A stretch of 62,862 nt of DNA, filler included, from Choristocarpus tenellus KU-1152 (GCA_964200185.2; 11 parts of 11 records of this genome joined end to end with filler, not necessarily neighbours in it), one strand, 5' to 3'; counted from the first letter of the whole stretch, positions 48,342 through 60,540 are shown. Made by a program: numbers and translations. The notes: generated by a model from the letters alone, not told the origin.

Positions 48342-50617
48342 ATGTAGTAATGATCCCTTTGTTGTTATTCAAGAATGAGTAAAGTATCATCCAATCAAAA
48401 TCGGTCTGTGCAGTAGTGTTAGGATGTGTGCGGTGATGGGTGCTCATTAATTTGGAAGGCGGTGATGAGGGGGACAAAGAGAGGCGTGTTGTATCTATCT
48501 ATCTTATTTGCTGCTGTTACTCTTTTCATGACATGAGTCAATCGAAAGGGAAGAGACTGTTATCAACTCTGGTATGGTCCCCTCCCTCACCTGCCTGTTG
48601 TTGAATTTTAACTGTACCGCCTACGAATTTTTAAGAAAAACTCTTGCAATTTTATGTAAGAAAAAAAGATTTGTTGCATCAGTTTGGAGAGATAGAATGG
48701 GGATTGCCGTTTCTCCCAAAGTGGGTTTTGCTGCTCACCATCACGACCAAATGATAGGCATAGCCATGTGTTGAGACCCAGCTGTGTTCTGATCAGCCAA
48801 CCTTTAGTTGCAAAGTCAGTCAATTCACTACACGAGGGTATGTCCCACTGAAAGGAGACTTGAGACTTGATATTGGTTGAAGAATATCCAATGAACTTTT
48901 GCTTGCGTATTGATAGGTAGGTAGGTATCCAAGGTGCCCTAACTATGTTTGTATGATACAGGACATGGTTAATATAAGCTACCGTATAGAGTATGGTAGG
49001 TGTAGATAAGGCTGCAAGTGCAGCTGTGTTATACATATGTGTAGAAGATATATGTATATATAGATAGAAGGAGCAATTGTGCCGAAAGAGTCATGAGGTA
49101 CACTGATCCAACGGCCAGGTATCACTTTTTTTTGTTTATCTTTTCTGCACTAACCCTAACTCTAACCCTAACCCTATAACCCAAACAGCAGCCCCTAGCA
49201 AGGGTGAAACGGTAACACTACCAGTAGAATTCCTAATGTTGCAAGCAATTTGGTGGTGATACTGAACTTGGTGTGAAGAGAGAGGGGCGGCAGGTGGAAG
49301 TTACTGGACAAGTTTCTGACAGGAGGAGATGACCAAAAAAGCTTTGCTACGTTGTACTGTCACCAGGAGGAAGCAAATGCTCTTGTTGCTTGCGGAGTAT
49401 TGGATCACTCACGCTGCACTGTGTACCCAACCTCAGTATTACATCCACTTTCATTCCTGCCCACCCCAGAACATGTTGGTGTCTCTTGTTTGGGGATCAC
49501 TAGATGATATCCAGGTTCATTCCCATCTCTACCACCCAAAGTTCAACCCTAAGCAGTGGTTGAACCCCCCTCGAAATGGCTGGATCTCCTATTATTCTAT
49601 TGAACTGGAGTGCCCAGGAGCGATCAACATTGTTCTGTTACCCTTTGGAAGGATTAAGAGACCTCTTGGGGGTGATGCTGTTGTCGAAAAGCTTTATTTA
49701 AGAGCCAAGAAGGGGAAGTGGGCTCTTTTTACTAGTGGTTGTGTTGGTGTTAGTGTGGTGGTCACAATCACCTCTTGTCAATTCCGAGTTGTTGTCCAGA
49801 AGTAGGGTTAGGATTTACTTACAACCTAATCGATATATATTGAATTTATGCCTAGGTTTTTATTTTATTTTATTTGTCAGTCTGGCGTCAAAAAAGTCCA
49901 CACTTTATAATTTTGATTATATTATATGATAACCCCTAACCCTTTTTTCAAATTTGAACTGTGACGATGTAAAAATCGATCAATAATGGGGGGGGGGGGG
50001 GGNNNNNNNNNNNNNNNNNNNNNNNNNNNNNNNNNNNNNNNNNNNNTTAATTAATTAANNNNNNNNNNNNNNNNNNNNNNNNNNNNNNNNNNNNNNNNNN
50101 NNCAAGCAATATCGCCGGGTTTATCACCTTTATCCTCTTTGATGATTTTGGGGATACTTTAACATTGTTTTGCCTCCTACTTCGCCACGTCCTTTGCCTA
50201 CTCCTCCACCATCACAGAGATAACACGAGTCACAAACATTGTCATCACGTCAGAGAAAAACGTCACGTCCGAGCACGACCTTGACAAGTTCAAGTCCGAA
50301 ACGAGCGCCACCCACGAGAGAGAAGTCGCCCTTCTCCAGACCCGACCAGAAGGCATCACAGTCACATGCACCGCCCTCAGGGACAACCTCGATCTGGATC
50401 TTATCCAACTCCTCATGGACGCGAATTCTCCACCTTCCGCAATTTTGCACTGGTGAAGACACCGGTAGCTAGTGGCATATCCACGCCTATACCTTGTGGA
50501 AGACCCAACCCAGCAGGTGATGAAGAGGAACAGGATAACCCATCGCCTAACCCTCCAGAAGGTGCGGGAAATGGGACACTACATGGGGGAAGGCATCCAA
50601 CCACACCCTTGAAACAC

Positions 50618-51267
50618 GACTCTGAAGGCGATGGGGACCGACCCAATTGTAACGCTTTGTCAGGTCCAGAGGAACATGCACAGGAGGGCGTGGGGGGGCA
50701 GCTAGGCTCGGACTCAGAGTCCACCCCTGTCAGGAGCGACCTCAGAATGTCCCCAAACTTCCATTCAGTGGGCAGCAGTGGCGACAAGCCCACGGTGTGA
50801 GGGAACACCTACGACGATACTGTGGGGCGAAGTGAGAACCACGCCCATGCCCATCCAACCACAACACCAAGGGACAAGCCCTCTGTGAAAGGTAACGGAT
50901 AGAGGAAAAGGACGATAATTGGGAAGAACGGGTTGAGAGAAGACTCTGAAGGCGATGGGGACCGACGCGATTGTGACACTTTGTCAGGTCCAGAGGAACT
51001 TGTACAGGAGGACGGGTGGGTGGGCGTTCAGGCATGGACTCAGAGTCCACGCCTGACGGGAGTGACCCCGGAATGTCCCCAAACGCCCGTTCGGTGGGCA
51101 GCGGCGGTAATGAGTCACAAGTGCCAGGGAACACCTACGACCAAACTGTGAGGCAAAGTGAGAACCACATCCATGCTCATCCTACCCCAACCCCGAGAAA
51201 CAAGCCTTCCGAGAAGGGTAAAGGAAAGGGGAAAAGGACGAAAATTAGGAAGAAGAGGGTGAGAGAA
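50618..51267 (+). repeat. Tandem duplication of about 325 bp within a decayed long ORF
   Basis: Units 50618-50941 and 50942-51267 both begin GACTCTGAAGGCGATGGGGACCGAC and end GAGAGAA. Unit 1 carries stops. Confidence 0.92.
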
Positions 51268-52149
51268 GGTGCTGGACGGATGAGACCCTTCAAAAATCCT
51301 CGTGGTCCTGACGGCAGCGCTTTAGAACCTGACTTCTTTGCAGACATCTTCGCTTCTGCCAAAAAGGGCAGATACGCGGTAAATCCGTGTTCATCTACCT
51401 CGAGGTACAACTATGACGATGAAAGGTCATCGCATGGTGATGACGATTGCGTCACACAGGACGCAGCCGACTCTGGCGATGCATCAGAGGTGGGGATCAC
51501 TGAAGCCTTCATGGAGAGGCGTGCGTTACCGAGCTCATATGATCGGCAACGAAACCTGCTTCTTCGCAGTATCGAGTACAGACTCAAATTCTCACTCAAG
51601 TCATATACGACCATGGGTTCAGGCTCATCAAGGCCGGTAAAGGGTCCGTTTCTCTTGTTTTCGGGGATGAATGCTACGTTCACGAGCCCACACAGGTTAA
51701 ACTCGGCGATCGTGGAGGGAAGCCAGGCAACACGTTGCATCCCGAGCATGTGGAAGCACTCCGTGCGAGGAAGGCCATCTTCTCAAGCCTCGTGAAGCCC
51801 GAACCTTGGAACAGCAGGTACTCTACACGCCTCAAACCTATGGCACCTCCTTCTTGTCGAGGTATACCCTAAGCTTGCAAAGTGGTGGGAGAAGGGTGAC
51901 GAATACAATTTCGAGTCCGCCCAACAATTGAAATAGGGGTTCAGTCGTTTCAGTTTTTTGTTTAAGTACTGACTTATGCATCAGTGTACCTTGCCTTGGT
52001 GTCCGACTACCACGTTCATGCACTTTCCATTCGATGAGTTATGCATTTAGACAGTGGTATCGGATACATTGCTACCGGTCAGAGTCGTCAGCGTATCATA
52101 TATCATGCTCATGTTGAGGATTAGACCTGTGTTACTATTTATTTAAAAG

Positions 52150-52810
52150 AGCGTGTCTGCTACAAGGTATAGACAACTAAAATATAAGACATCAATTAAA
52201 CAACTTTTCTCTATCTTCTCAGCTAACCTTTCCAAACAATTCACCAGGGCCTGTGATGGATACCCTGTCCTTCTCAAAGCCACTAATTATTCCTTGAACA
52301 CTATAGCGCACCTCCCCCCTGCTTCTCAATACTCTATTCACCATCTAAAGCTTTGTCCAAGTAGTGTCGATAAACTAGAACCAATATATTCCTCCTTCGA
52401 ATCTTGGAGGATCATATACCGAAGTCCACGCACGATGCTCCCAAGCATAGCACCAACTCAGGACCTCTGGAAGTGTATCTTGAAATACTTTCAGAGAAAC
52501 GTACGACAATAGAACTCGACCAATAACCATTCGTATACACGTCCAGAATCCGTCCACACATTACATGAAAGATACAGTACACTAGCCCGAAAACAAAGCC
52601 TGACTCTTTTCCCTTCCTTCATACCAAGTCTTGTAAAGGAACTCTGGTCGAGAGGAGGGTGTTGATAGATGATCCCAGGGCCCTTACTGTGGGGCTCATA
52701 CACATGGCTTGTGAGAAAGACTCTCCATCAGGCCTTGTTGCCTTGCTAAAAGGGTGGGGAGAGTAGCCACCACTACTATTCCTACTTCGAAGTATTATTA
52801 TTATTATTGT
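52150..52810 (+). mobile_element. Possible decayed 3' end of a non-LTR retrotransposon
   Basis: Intronless broken ORF (LPPASQYSIHHLKL...DKLE...RIIYRSPRT.LP) reminiscent of a post-RT region, ending in (TAT)n at about 52795-52808. No catalytic motif seen. Confidence 0.35.
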
Positions 52811-52969
52811 GGAAAGCGTGTTTGTCAATTATTATACCGTTATTGCCGTATGTCATATACCNNNNNNNNNNNNNNNNNNNNNNNNNNNNNNNNNNNNNNN
52901 NNNNNTTAATTAATTAANNNNNNNNNNNNNNNNNNNNNNNNNNNNNNNNNNNNNNNNNNNNTTTCACTT

Positions 52970-53006
<37 letters not shown>

Positions 53007-55781
53007 CCCCTCCCCCTCCCCCTCCCCCCCCCCCCAAAGAAAAAAATGTCGATCTCGGTAATATTAGCACAATTTGGATTTTCTCGTTTGATTTTGTTCA
53101 ACCGTTGATATTGAATATTCTCTTTGCCCTTTGCCCTGACAGTGCTTTTTTCTTGTGTGAACCTCTATTTTGTGTTGACTTTTTTTTACTTGATCTTGAC
53201 AGATTCTTACTTTTCTACAAAAAGGGCATGTTCCCCTCTGGACTTTCGAAGATCCTGCAAGGCCCGGGTTGGAGGGGAGGGAATACCAGAGGGTAATGAG
53301 GTGTCACACCCTGTCCCCGTGTCCAGTGCTGTTGTGCTGGAATCAGTGGGAGGGGCGGGGGAGGAAGCGTGTTTGGCAGCAACAGCCCCAATGGAGGGAT
53401 GATCCCAAGTCGTGGGAGAGATGGCTGTATTTGTGACAGGTCTCAGTAACACTAAGTTACTAGTGGGGGGGAGTGCGTGTGCCTAGAAAGTGGTTGTTAT
53501 GGGTCGTGAGTATGGGCTGATGTTGGAGGGTGAGGTTGTCTTGAGAGGAACGGAAGGGAGAGAGGAGCATGGGGCCCGAGTGGTTGGATTTGAAAGAGAG
53601 GTGCAGGAAGGACTTTAGTTTTGTTCCTCTGTTGAGAGTTTTTTTTTTATTTAGCATGGCTCGGCTTGAATTGTGGAGGGTGTGTGACGTCTGTCCTCTC
53701 TCTCTCTTTCCAGAGTTAGCTGGTTTAGTGTTACGTGGTGGAGTTGGGGCATCACATGTACGTGTACTTTTCTTTTGCTTTCGATCCTGCCTTCCTACTC
53801 TTAGAAATGTAGCAAGTGAAGTGTACCTATCTTGTTCTCGTTGTCCATCGTATCCTGTATGGTGGCAAACGTGAAGGGAGGGGAGGAGAGGGGGAGGAGG
53901 ACATCTGGGCATGTGACCAATGGGATGGAGTGGGGAAGTCCTTGTGATGGAAAGCTGTTATTTAGGGTGCAGGTGGTGTTGTTGGAAGGGAAGGGGTGGT
54001 TAGCTTGATTTTTTGTTGACACAGGGGAAAACAATGGAGATGTGCCTCCACCTCAGGGTATGGTGGGGAGATGTTTGTGTCTATCTTTAGGCTTCTGAGA
54101 TTAAGGGTCTAAGGGGCAAATGTATGAGTGGTGGTTTTCTTTGGGTTGGATTGCAGATTAGGGTCCCCCCCCCCTTCCTCTCCATCTCTTTTATGCCGAC
54201 TGGGTCAGTGTGGACTACTCCTGGTTGGTTTGAGTGTGACAAGGGATGGGGAGCGGAAAAGGCAAGTAAGTGCGTTAATGCATAGGAGGGGTGTGGTGGG
54301 CGTTGTGCATTGAAGACACTTGAGGGGGAGTGTGGTGATGCACAGGACGAGTAGACGTCAAGCAAGGGAGAGTGCAAAGGGTGCTGAAACATATGCTGTA
54401 TATCGGTGAATTATGTGCTGTATGTTTATGTATGTTTTCAGTGTTTTTTTTGCTGGATGGTTGGCGGGAGGATTCTCAAAGTGTTGTTCTCGTTGACGAT
54501 CAACCCTTCCTCTAATGAGCAGGGACAAGGATGGCTATGAGTGGTGGGAAGGGGGGAAAGACCTAGGTTCCTGACTAGGCCTGGCAATGTTGTTGTGGAG
54601 ATGGAGTGGTGGTGGAAGAGAGGATGACATTCAGCGGGGGTGGGTTGGTGTGCCAAAGAGACTGGTGTAGCGACATCCTTGTGATATATATGCATGCTTC
54701 TAGTGAATGTGAAGGAGTTGTTTTGATTTGGGCAATGCTCTCCCTGTAACAAGGCGAGGTGCTTTCTTTTGATGTTCGTTTGATACGGTCTGATCTTGGC
54801 AAGGTTGCAGAGGAAGGGATTCTTAGATCTTCGGTGTTGTTGTGGAGAACAAGAGTTGGTGTGGAGTCATTTGGATGAGTGGAGTGGTGGGCATTGCTGT
54901 GCTGAGATGTATGCCCTTGTTGGCCAAGTTGAGAGTGTTCTTGACTGTGCTGGGGTGCATGTTCGAAAAGGATTTTGCTCTGACCCTGTTATCTAGCACA
55001 AAATTCCGTCTATGGTGAGAAAAAGGGTGTTGCATACGTCTATGGAGAGTGCGTGCGCGCTTGTGTGTGTGTCTATTTTGGGTTAGGGATTTTTTTGGTT
55101 TTCATCCCATTGTTAGCAGCTTGGGGATGGATGACTGAGGAGAAGAAGAGAGGAGAGTCCTACCCGTACGTACTTATTGTTGTACTGTATGTGATACTGA
55201 GAACACTGATATTGTGCATTATCACATGTTATTAACTTCAAACGTGCTGGATAGCGCCACCCGGGGTGATGTGAGCTCATTGGGAAAGCTATATCTGCAG
55301 TTTTTTTTATTATGGCATTGTGCAGTGGGAGCCAGGAAAGGGAGTAGCAGCCCTCTAGTTTTGTTGGAAACGGCAATGTAGGTATAAAAGACGGTACAAG
55401 AGGTCTGAGCAAGCACACAGTATGATTACGAGTACCAACTAGGAATAATGACAAATGAGAAGTGATATTAATTAAGAAGGTGCGGATGTTAATGTGAGAG
55501 GATGGCGGTACTCTTTGTGGGACTTTACTACTACTACTGCTGCTGCAGAAGGAAACCTTGGATGGGGTGCCATCTTGTTATTCTCACTGCCTGAGGCAGA
55601 AGGTTTCTCTTGTCGAATGACACGGAAAAGCAAGAAAGTATCTGATGATCAACAAAGAAGAACAGTGAGTGGTTGGATTACTATTATTGTTTTTTTGCTG
55701 GAAGTTGTGGTCAAAGTGACCAATAATAGTTGTGAAATATGATGCGCTACTCGTCATATCAATGGCTGAAGGAAATAACTC

Positions 55782-55850
55782 TATGTATGTATGTATGTAT
55801 GTATGTATGTATGTATGTATGTATGTATGTATGTATGTATGTATGTATGT
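55782..55850. repeat. (TATG)n microsatellite at contig end
   Basis: Read directly from the sequence. Confidence 0.97.
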
Positions 55851-55950
55851 NNNNNNNNNNNNNNNNNNNNNNNNNNNNNNNNNNNNNNNNNNNNTTAATT
55901 AATTAANNNNNNNNNNNNNNNNNNNNNNNNNNNNNNNNNNNNNNNNNNNN

Positions 55951-55994
55951 GTAAAAAACGGATGCCGACACCCCCCCCCAAGATACTTTGACCC
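55951..55994. mobile_element. MITE family A-type terminus
   Basis: AAAAAACGGATGCCGACA-(C)n-AAGATACTTTGACCC. The reverse complement of the inner part also occurs at about 3236-3264. Confidence 0.75.
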
Positions 55995-56525
55995 AACTGT
56001 CACTTCGTGGGGATGTTTAGTAGCACATGAATTACATCCCCCCTCTCATCCTTCTGAATCATGACCTCCCATAAAACATGCAAGGAAAATAATAATCAGG
56101 ATACGAATGAAGGGCCTCAAAAATTAATTTACACAGAGTCTTTCTGCCTCAAAATAAGAAAATGTAAGTATCAAGCAAGGACATGGCACAACTGGGAGGG
56201 CTGAATGGAAAAAAAATCATACACGAAATGTCTCATCCCCACTGACTCTAAAACCCAACACATATCACAGTTCTAGCTCCTTTCCCTTCAGAAAACAGCT
56301 CTGGTCATGATCCTCACCCCTACCCACTCCCAGTTCCCCCATTCTATAGTCACCTTCACCCTGTGGTCCACCCCGCTGCTATATACTAGAGAGCAAAATC
56401 TCATTGCTAAAATTTCATTTCAGTTAAAACCTATCTACTCCAACTCATGACAAACAACAGTTTCTTACCCCCCCCTCTTCACTCCAAACACATCTTCACT
56501 CACCCCACCCAACCTTGAACCAAAC

Positions 56526-58080
56526 TTGTAAAGGCAAAAGAAGAGTCTCACCAGCTTGAAGGATAATCGGGATTGCCGCAATCACCGCAAGTCCCTCCAG
56601 CAACTGCAGCCCCAGGGACCCTGTAGACACAGCGCTATCGTATGCTTTAATCTCCCCACTTGATGTGTCCCCAGGGGCCACCTGTGTTGCCATCGCCTGT
56701 GCCTGTCGGGTTGTTGCATCTTGCTCAAGCTCTGTCACAGACAGTGCAGCGGGCTCGTTCGTACCAAAGGCGGGAATGGCAACACTTGTTGCAGCAACAG
56801 GACGCCCCTCATTTGAAGAGGAAGAGTCGATCTTGTTCAAGAGCCTATTTCGCAGGGACGATGCGAGATTGTGTAGTGTAGAACAGAACTTGTGATCGCA
56901 AGCAAAGAGGCACTAGGAGGATCATGAACTTGAGGGGGGGGAAGTAACGGCATTTTCAATTATTGTGGATCGCTCTACACATTATGGTCAGGCAGGTGTT
57001 TATCGATAAGATACAAACCTTGCTCTCAATAGTATTGTTTGCATGAAGAAGTACTCTGTTGATAGGTACAATGATTGAATTGGGTTCTCTACAAGGATGT
57101 TGCAGACTCATCATTCAAAATGAACGAAAAAATGCTGGTCTTGGATCAAAGAAGATGAGATGAACCAAGAACGTTGAACTTACCCAGAGAATGGATCTGT
57201 GCTTGATATCTCAGTAGTGTCCTGTTTGGCATCCGAAAGAGGCGAAAATGTAATACGTGGGCCTTCAGGGCCAGATGCACGCACAACATCAGGGAGGGGA
57301 ACATCCTTGATCTTGTTCAGGACACTGCTCGATTGCAAAGGGTTTCAGTATTGGCGATGGGTCAGGCGACACCTGCTCGTTTGGTATCCTGATTTTGTGT
57401 ATGGAAGCAAAGTAAGGCTAACTTCAACGAAGATGTGACAACAGCATATTCCCCTAGCTGAATGGTACTGTCAAATCAGCGACAAATTCAAAGGTCCACC
57501 CGAGTGCATGCCCAGTCCCATAGTCAGAATTGCAAAGATGCTTTTCACAACTTTTATCTCGCGGGTGAATGGCACAGCCAACCAAAGTTTCAAAAAAGCA
57601 CTGATTCTCAGTTCTCTGTTATACGGTTACCGAATAAGAGGCTAGGTTAATCATGAGTAAGCCGCAATCCTCCTTCAAGCAATCGATATTTTGGTGACAA
57701 CCCAGGGTAAATCCTGTAAACCTATCTTGACAAAAACGCAACAAACGAGGTCTTAGAGAGTGAAAGCACAAAAAAAAGTGGATTGTAACTAGGACCAACA
57801 AATTCGTCTTCAGATGGGGAAGTGGATACAGTACCGGCATACAAACTTCGAAAAGAGCTTACAACAGAGAACATGAACGACCATTCCCTGGTTGTCATGC
57901 AGGATCTCACTTGTCATAGCTATCGTCTCCCGTCGCTGTCAAGCGCATGGAACCCGAGGACGGTTTCCGCGAGGTCCATGCACCATTTGGACGCAGAGGT
58001 CCGACATTAAACCCCAAACCGCTTGGGCAAGCCAGCAAAGCCAGCAATGCAATGAGGACCCCACGTGAAGTCCTCGCCAT
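56526..58080 (-). CDS. Putative plastid-targeted protein of unknown function, 3'-partial
   Basis: Exons 57911-58080, 57184-57324 and about 56526-56844 join in phase 2; a small extra exon near 57800-57847 is possible. The N-terminus MARTSRGVLIALLALLACPSGLG|FNVGPLRP...SMRL reads as a signal peptide plus a Phe-initiated S/R-rich transit peptide. Exon 3 contains a hydrophobic segment. Confidence 0.7.
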
Positions 58081-58614
58081 CTTTAGGCCTTGTTTATTCC
58101 ACGATAATACACGAGGACGGGAAAACCTCAACCGTAGGCACGGCGGTACGGCCTGCCTCGGATGACGGCTGCGCGAGGCTACAACACACTTACAATTGTG
58201 TCGAATTGCTTTCTCAAGTTCTTCCTTGATCAAGATGTTGTAGGACAAAGGATGCCTTCAAGTTCCATAATCGCGCGCGATTTCTGCGCGCAAATTTCGA
58301 AAAGACACGTGTTGAGAATTAACAAGAATTTGGTGAAAGAATGATAGTAGTATGTATATACAGTAGGTTATGTGTCTGGGGGTTGTCCTGTCATAACTTT
58401 TGATGTACAACTCAGATTTAAAAAATTAAAGCATATTCTTGATCCCCATAACAATGCCCTCCACGGCACGAGCTTCATTTTTTTTCGCAATTTTTTTCTA
58501 TTTTTGGAGAAAGACGGGTCATATTGGGGTTCGAACCCAGGATTGTAGGTCACCAAGAGTGGCAACAGATATATTATTACTTGATTGAAGTATAGGGTTT
58601 AGAGGGGAGAAAAG

Positions 58615-58900
58615 CCTCCCCACCCTTTCTTCCTGTGTGTTCACGCACCCACTCTTTGACCTCGACAGGGATATTCTCGTCGAGGCCCAGAACGAAATAC
58701 CTCACGTCGCGCCCTTGTTCCGACACCTTGATATGTTAGGAAGTCTCTTTCCCATTTACTCACAGTTTCCGACCTGACCATCGCATATCCTGCTGCCATC
58801 TCGAGCGCCATTTGACAGTCTTTCCTGTCATTCACACACAGGTACAGGATTCACAGTGTTAGAGCCTTTACTATCACATTTCCTCGTTGAGCGCCGGAAA
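58615..58900 (-). mobile_element. Decayed N-terminal fragment of an IS630/Tc1-like transposase
   Basis: ALEMAAGYAMVRSETVSKWERDF (HTH-like) is followed, after a frameshift, by SEQGR...LDEN...KEWVREH..RKG. Assignment is from pattern recall only. Confidence 0.45.
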
Positions 58901-59256
58901 TGGGTTACCTTGTTTCGGGCTTCAGAGCCCTTGTAGCCCAACCCTAACACCTTCTTTCTCGTTTCCTAAGCCACTCTGGCCTACATAACCTCCAAATAAG
59001 TAGGGCCTGCTGCAACTGTCAACTACTACGATATGCTACATCCGGGTTTTCGCTTAGGGGTTTCCTGAGCGCAACGGCATGCAGTCACACTGTTCTCCTC
59101 CCCAAACTTCCCTTCGCCCGGTCACTCTGGTTCTCCCTTCACCCATCGTGACCAGGCTTCCCCACAAAATTCGTCACTGCATCACACCTGGTGATGGACT
59201 CGCTATTCTCTTCCTGCTTTCCCGAGGCGGCAGAGACTGCAGAGCAGTGCTCCGAT

Positions 59257-59286
59257 GACCCAAACTATCTGAGGGGGGGGGGGGGG
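59257..59286. mobile_element. MITE family A terminus, truncated by contig end
   Basis: GACCCAAACTATCTGA(G)n. Confidence 0.7.
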
Positions 59287-59429
59287 NNNNNNNNNNNNNN
59301 NNNNNNNNNNNNNNNNNNNNNNNNNNNNNNTTAATTAATTAANNNNNNNNNNNNNNNNNNNNNNNNNNNNNNNNNNNNNNNNNNNNTGAAGCTGGGCCTT
59401 GGTGATTCGCCACAGTAGATGAGGGAAAC

Positions 59430-59638
59430 GTGGCACCCTCAAAGGCAACCTATCAACTATCTGCCGTGGCGAATCACCAAGGCCCAGCTTCAGGTGGACA
59501 TTACTTCACCGATGTTCACTACGAACATCATCTGTACGCTACGATGATGCCTAAGTCAAGCGATGGTCTGACACAAGTGCGGAGACACTCCAGGAGGTGG
59601 CTTCAAATGCCTACGTCGTAGTTTACACGCTTGTGTGA
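59430..59638 (+). pseudogene. Ubiquitin-specific protease (C19/USP) His-box region, frameshifted
   Basis: YQLSAVANHQGPASGGHYFTDV (from 59451) is followed, after a frameshift, by RYDDA*VKR...ASNAYVVVYTLV*. This is the canonical Y.L.AV..H.G....GHY ... DD..V ... AY...Y pattern. A terminus GGATACTTTGGCTC follows, ending at 59676. Confidence 0.85.
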
Positions 59639-59797
59639 GCTGGTTGGAATTTTTCTGCCTCAGGATACTTTGGCTCAATGAAAGATAACGGGTTATTAAG
59701 TGTGTTTGTGTGGGAACAGGAAGAAGGACGGTGTGTGGAACATTGAAAATGATCCTCTCCATTCAAATGAACATTCTCCATGTACAATTGACAACAG

Positions 59798-60012
59798 CAA
59801 TTAACAGCCGATTTCAAAAATTGAGGATGGAGCTTTTCATTGAGGATGAGGTTGCCCCAAAATTGACTGGGATAAATAAAGTGTCGATATATTTTGTTTT
59901 GTATTGTCATTTTTTTTTAAACCATATCGACACTTTATCCCAGTCAATTTTGGGTCAAGCCCATCCTCAATGAAAAGCTCCATCCTCAATTCTTGAAATC
60001 GGCTGTTTATTG
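59798..60012. mobile_element. Fold-back MITE with about 90-bp TIRs, P-element-like ends
   Basis: Arms at about 59798-59890 and 59923-60012 are near-perfect inverted repeats with termini CAAT...ATTG. Flanks are ACAACAG / ACCACAG (7-bp TSD, one mismatch). Confidence 0.8.
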
Positions 60013-60203
60013 ACCACAGCAACAGGAACCCTCCCAGAACTTTATTATTCTGGTACCAGTTTGATTGATCGAAATAACCGAATAAATCAACCCAACGGTT
60101 AAGTCATTCGGTTATTTCATTTCTTACCACAATAATACAAATATAATGGCTACAGTAGTGGAGTATGGAGTTGACAGTCAGTCGCCTCTAGAATAAGACT
60201 GGG

Positions 60204-60540
60204 CTTGATAATTTCGAAATGATGTAAGGCTTCCTGATCGGTGATCAGCATATCAAATTAAGGCCATTTTCGTTGGTCATCGGACCTTGATACATCATGA
60301 GGTCAAACGCTGTCGATTGGGGGAAAGAAATCCAGTCGCAAAATACTTTGTGTTGAGTTAGTAAATGCCGAAAGGTTCGGTTGAATTCCCAGAAAAATGG
60401 AGATCACTGAAAATCATATCAAGATGTTTTTTGCGACCAGATTTAGTTATACCAATCGAATCCCTATATTATGATCTCAGCTTTAATTTGATGTGCTGAT
60501 CACCGATCAACTCGCCTTACATCACCTCGAATTAATCAAG
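60204..60540. mobile_element. MITE-like element with about 60-bp imperfect TIRs
   Basis: 60204-60264 is the imperfect reverse complement of 60480-60540 (shared core TGATGTAAGGC...TGATCGGTGATCAGCAYATCAAATTAA). No TSD evident. Confidence 0.7.

Noticed and set aside
48055-48477. Poly-Ile / poly-Leu ORFs as membrane proteins
   Set aside because: They are translations of the (AAT)n microsatellite.
44789-49805. Possible gene(s) from ORFs 45019-45267, 45825-46178 and 49329-49805
   Set aside because: Only isolated splice-like signals on both strands, with no coherent phase-consistent model or homology.
58515-58570. tRNA gene (GGGTTCGAACCC B-box); similar motifs near 34950 and 46910
   Set aside because: No cloverleaf or acceptor stem could be built. 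At most these are decayed tRNA-derived SINE heads.
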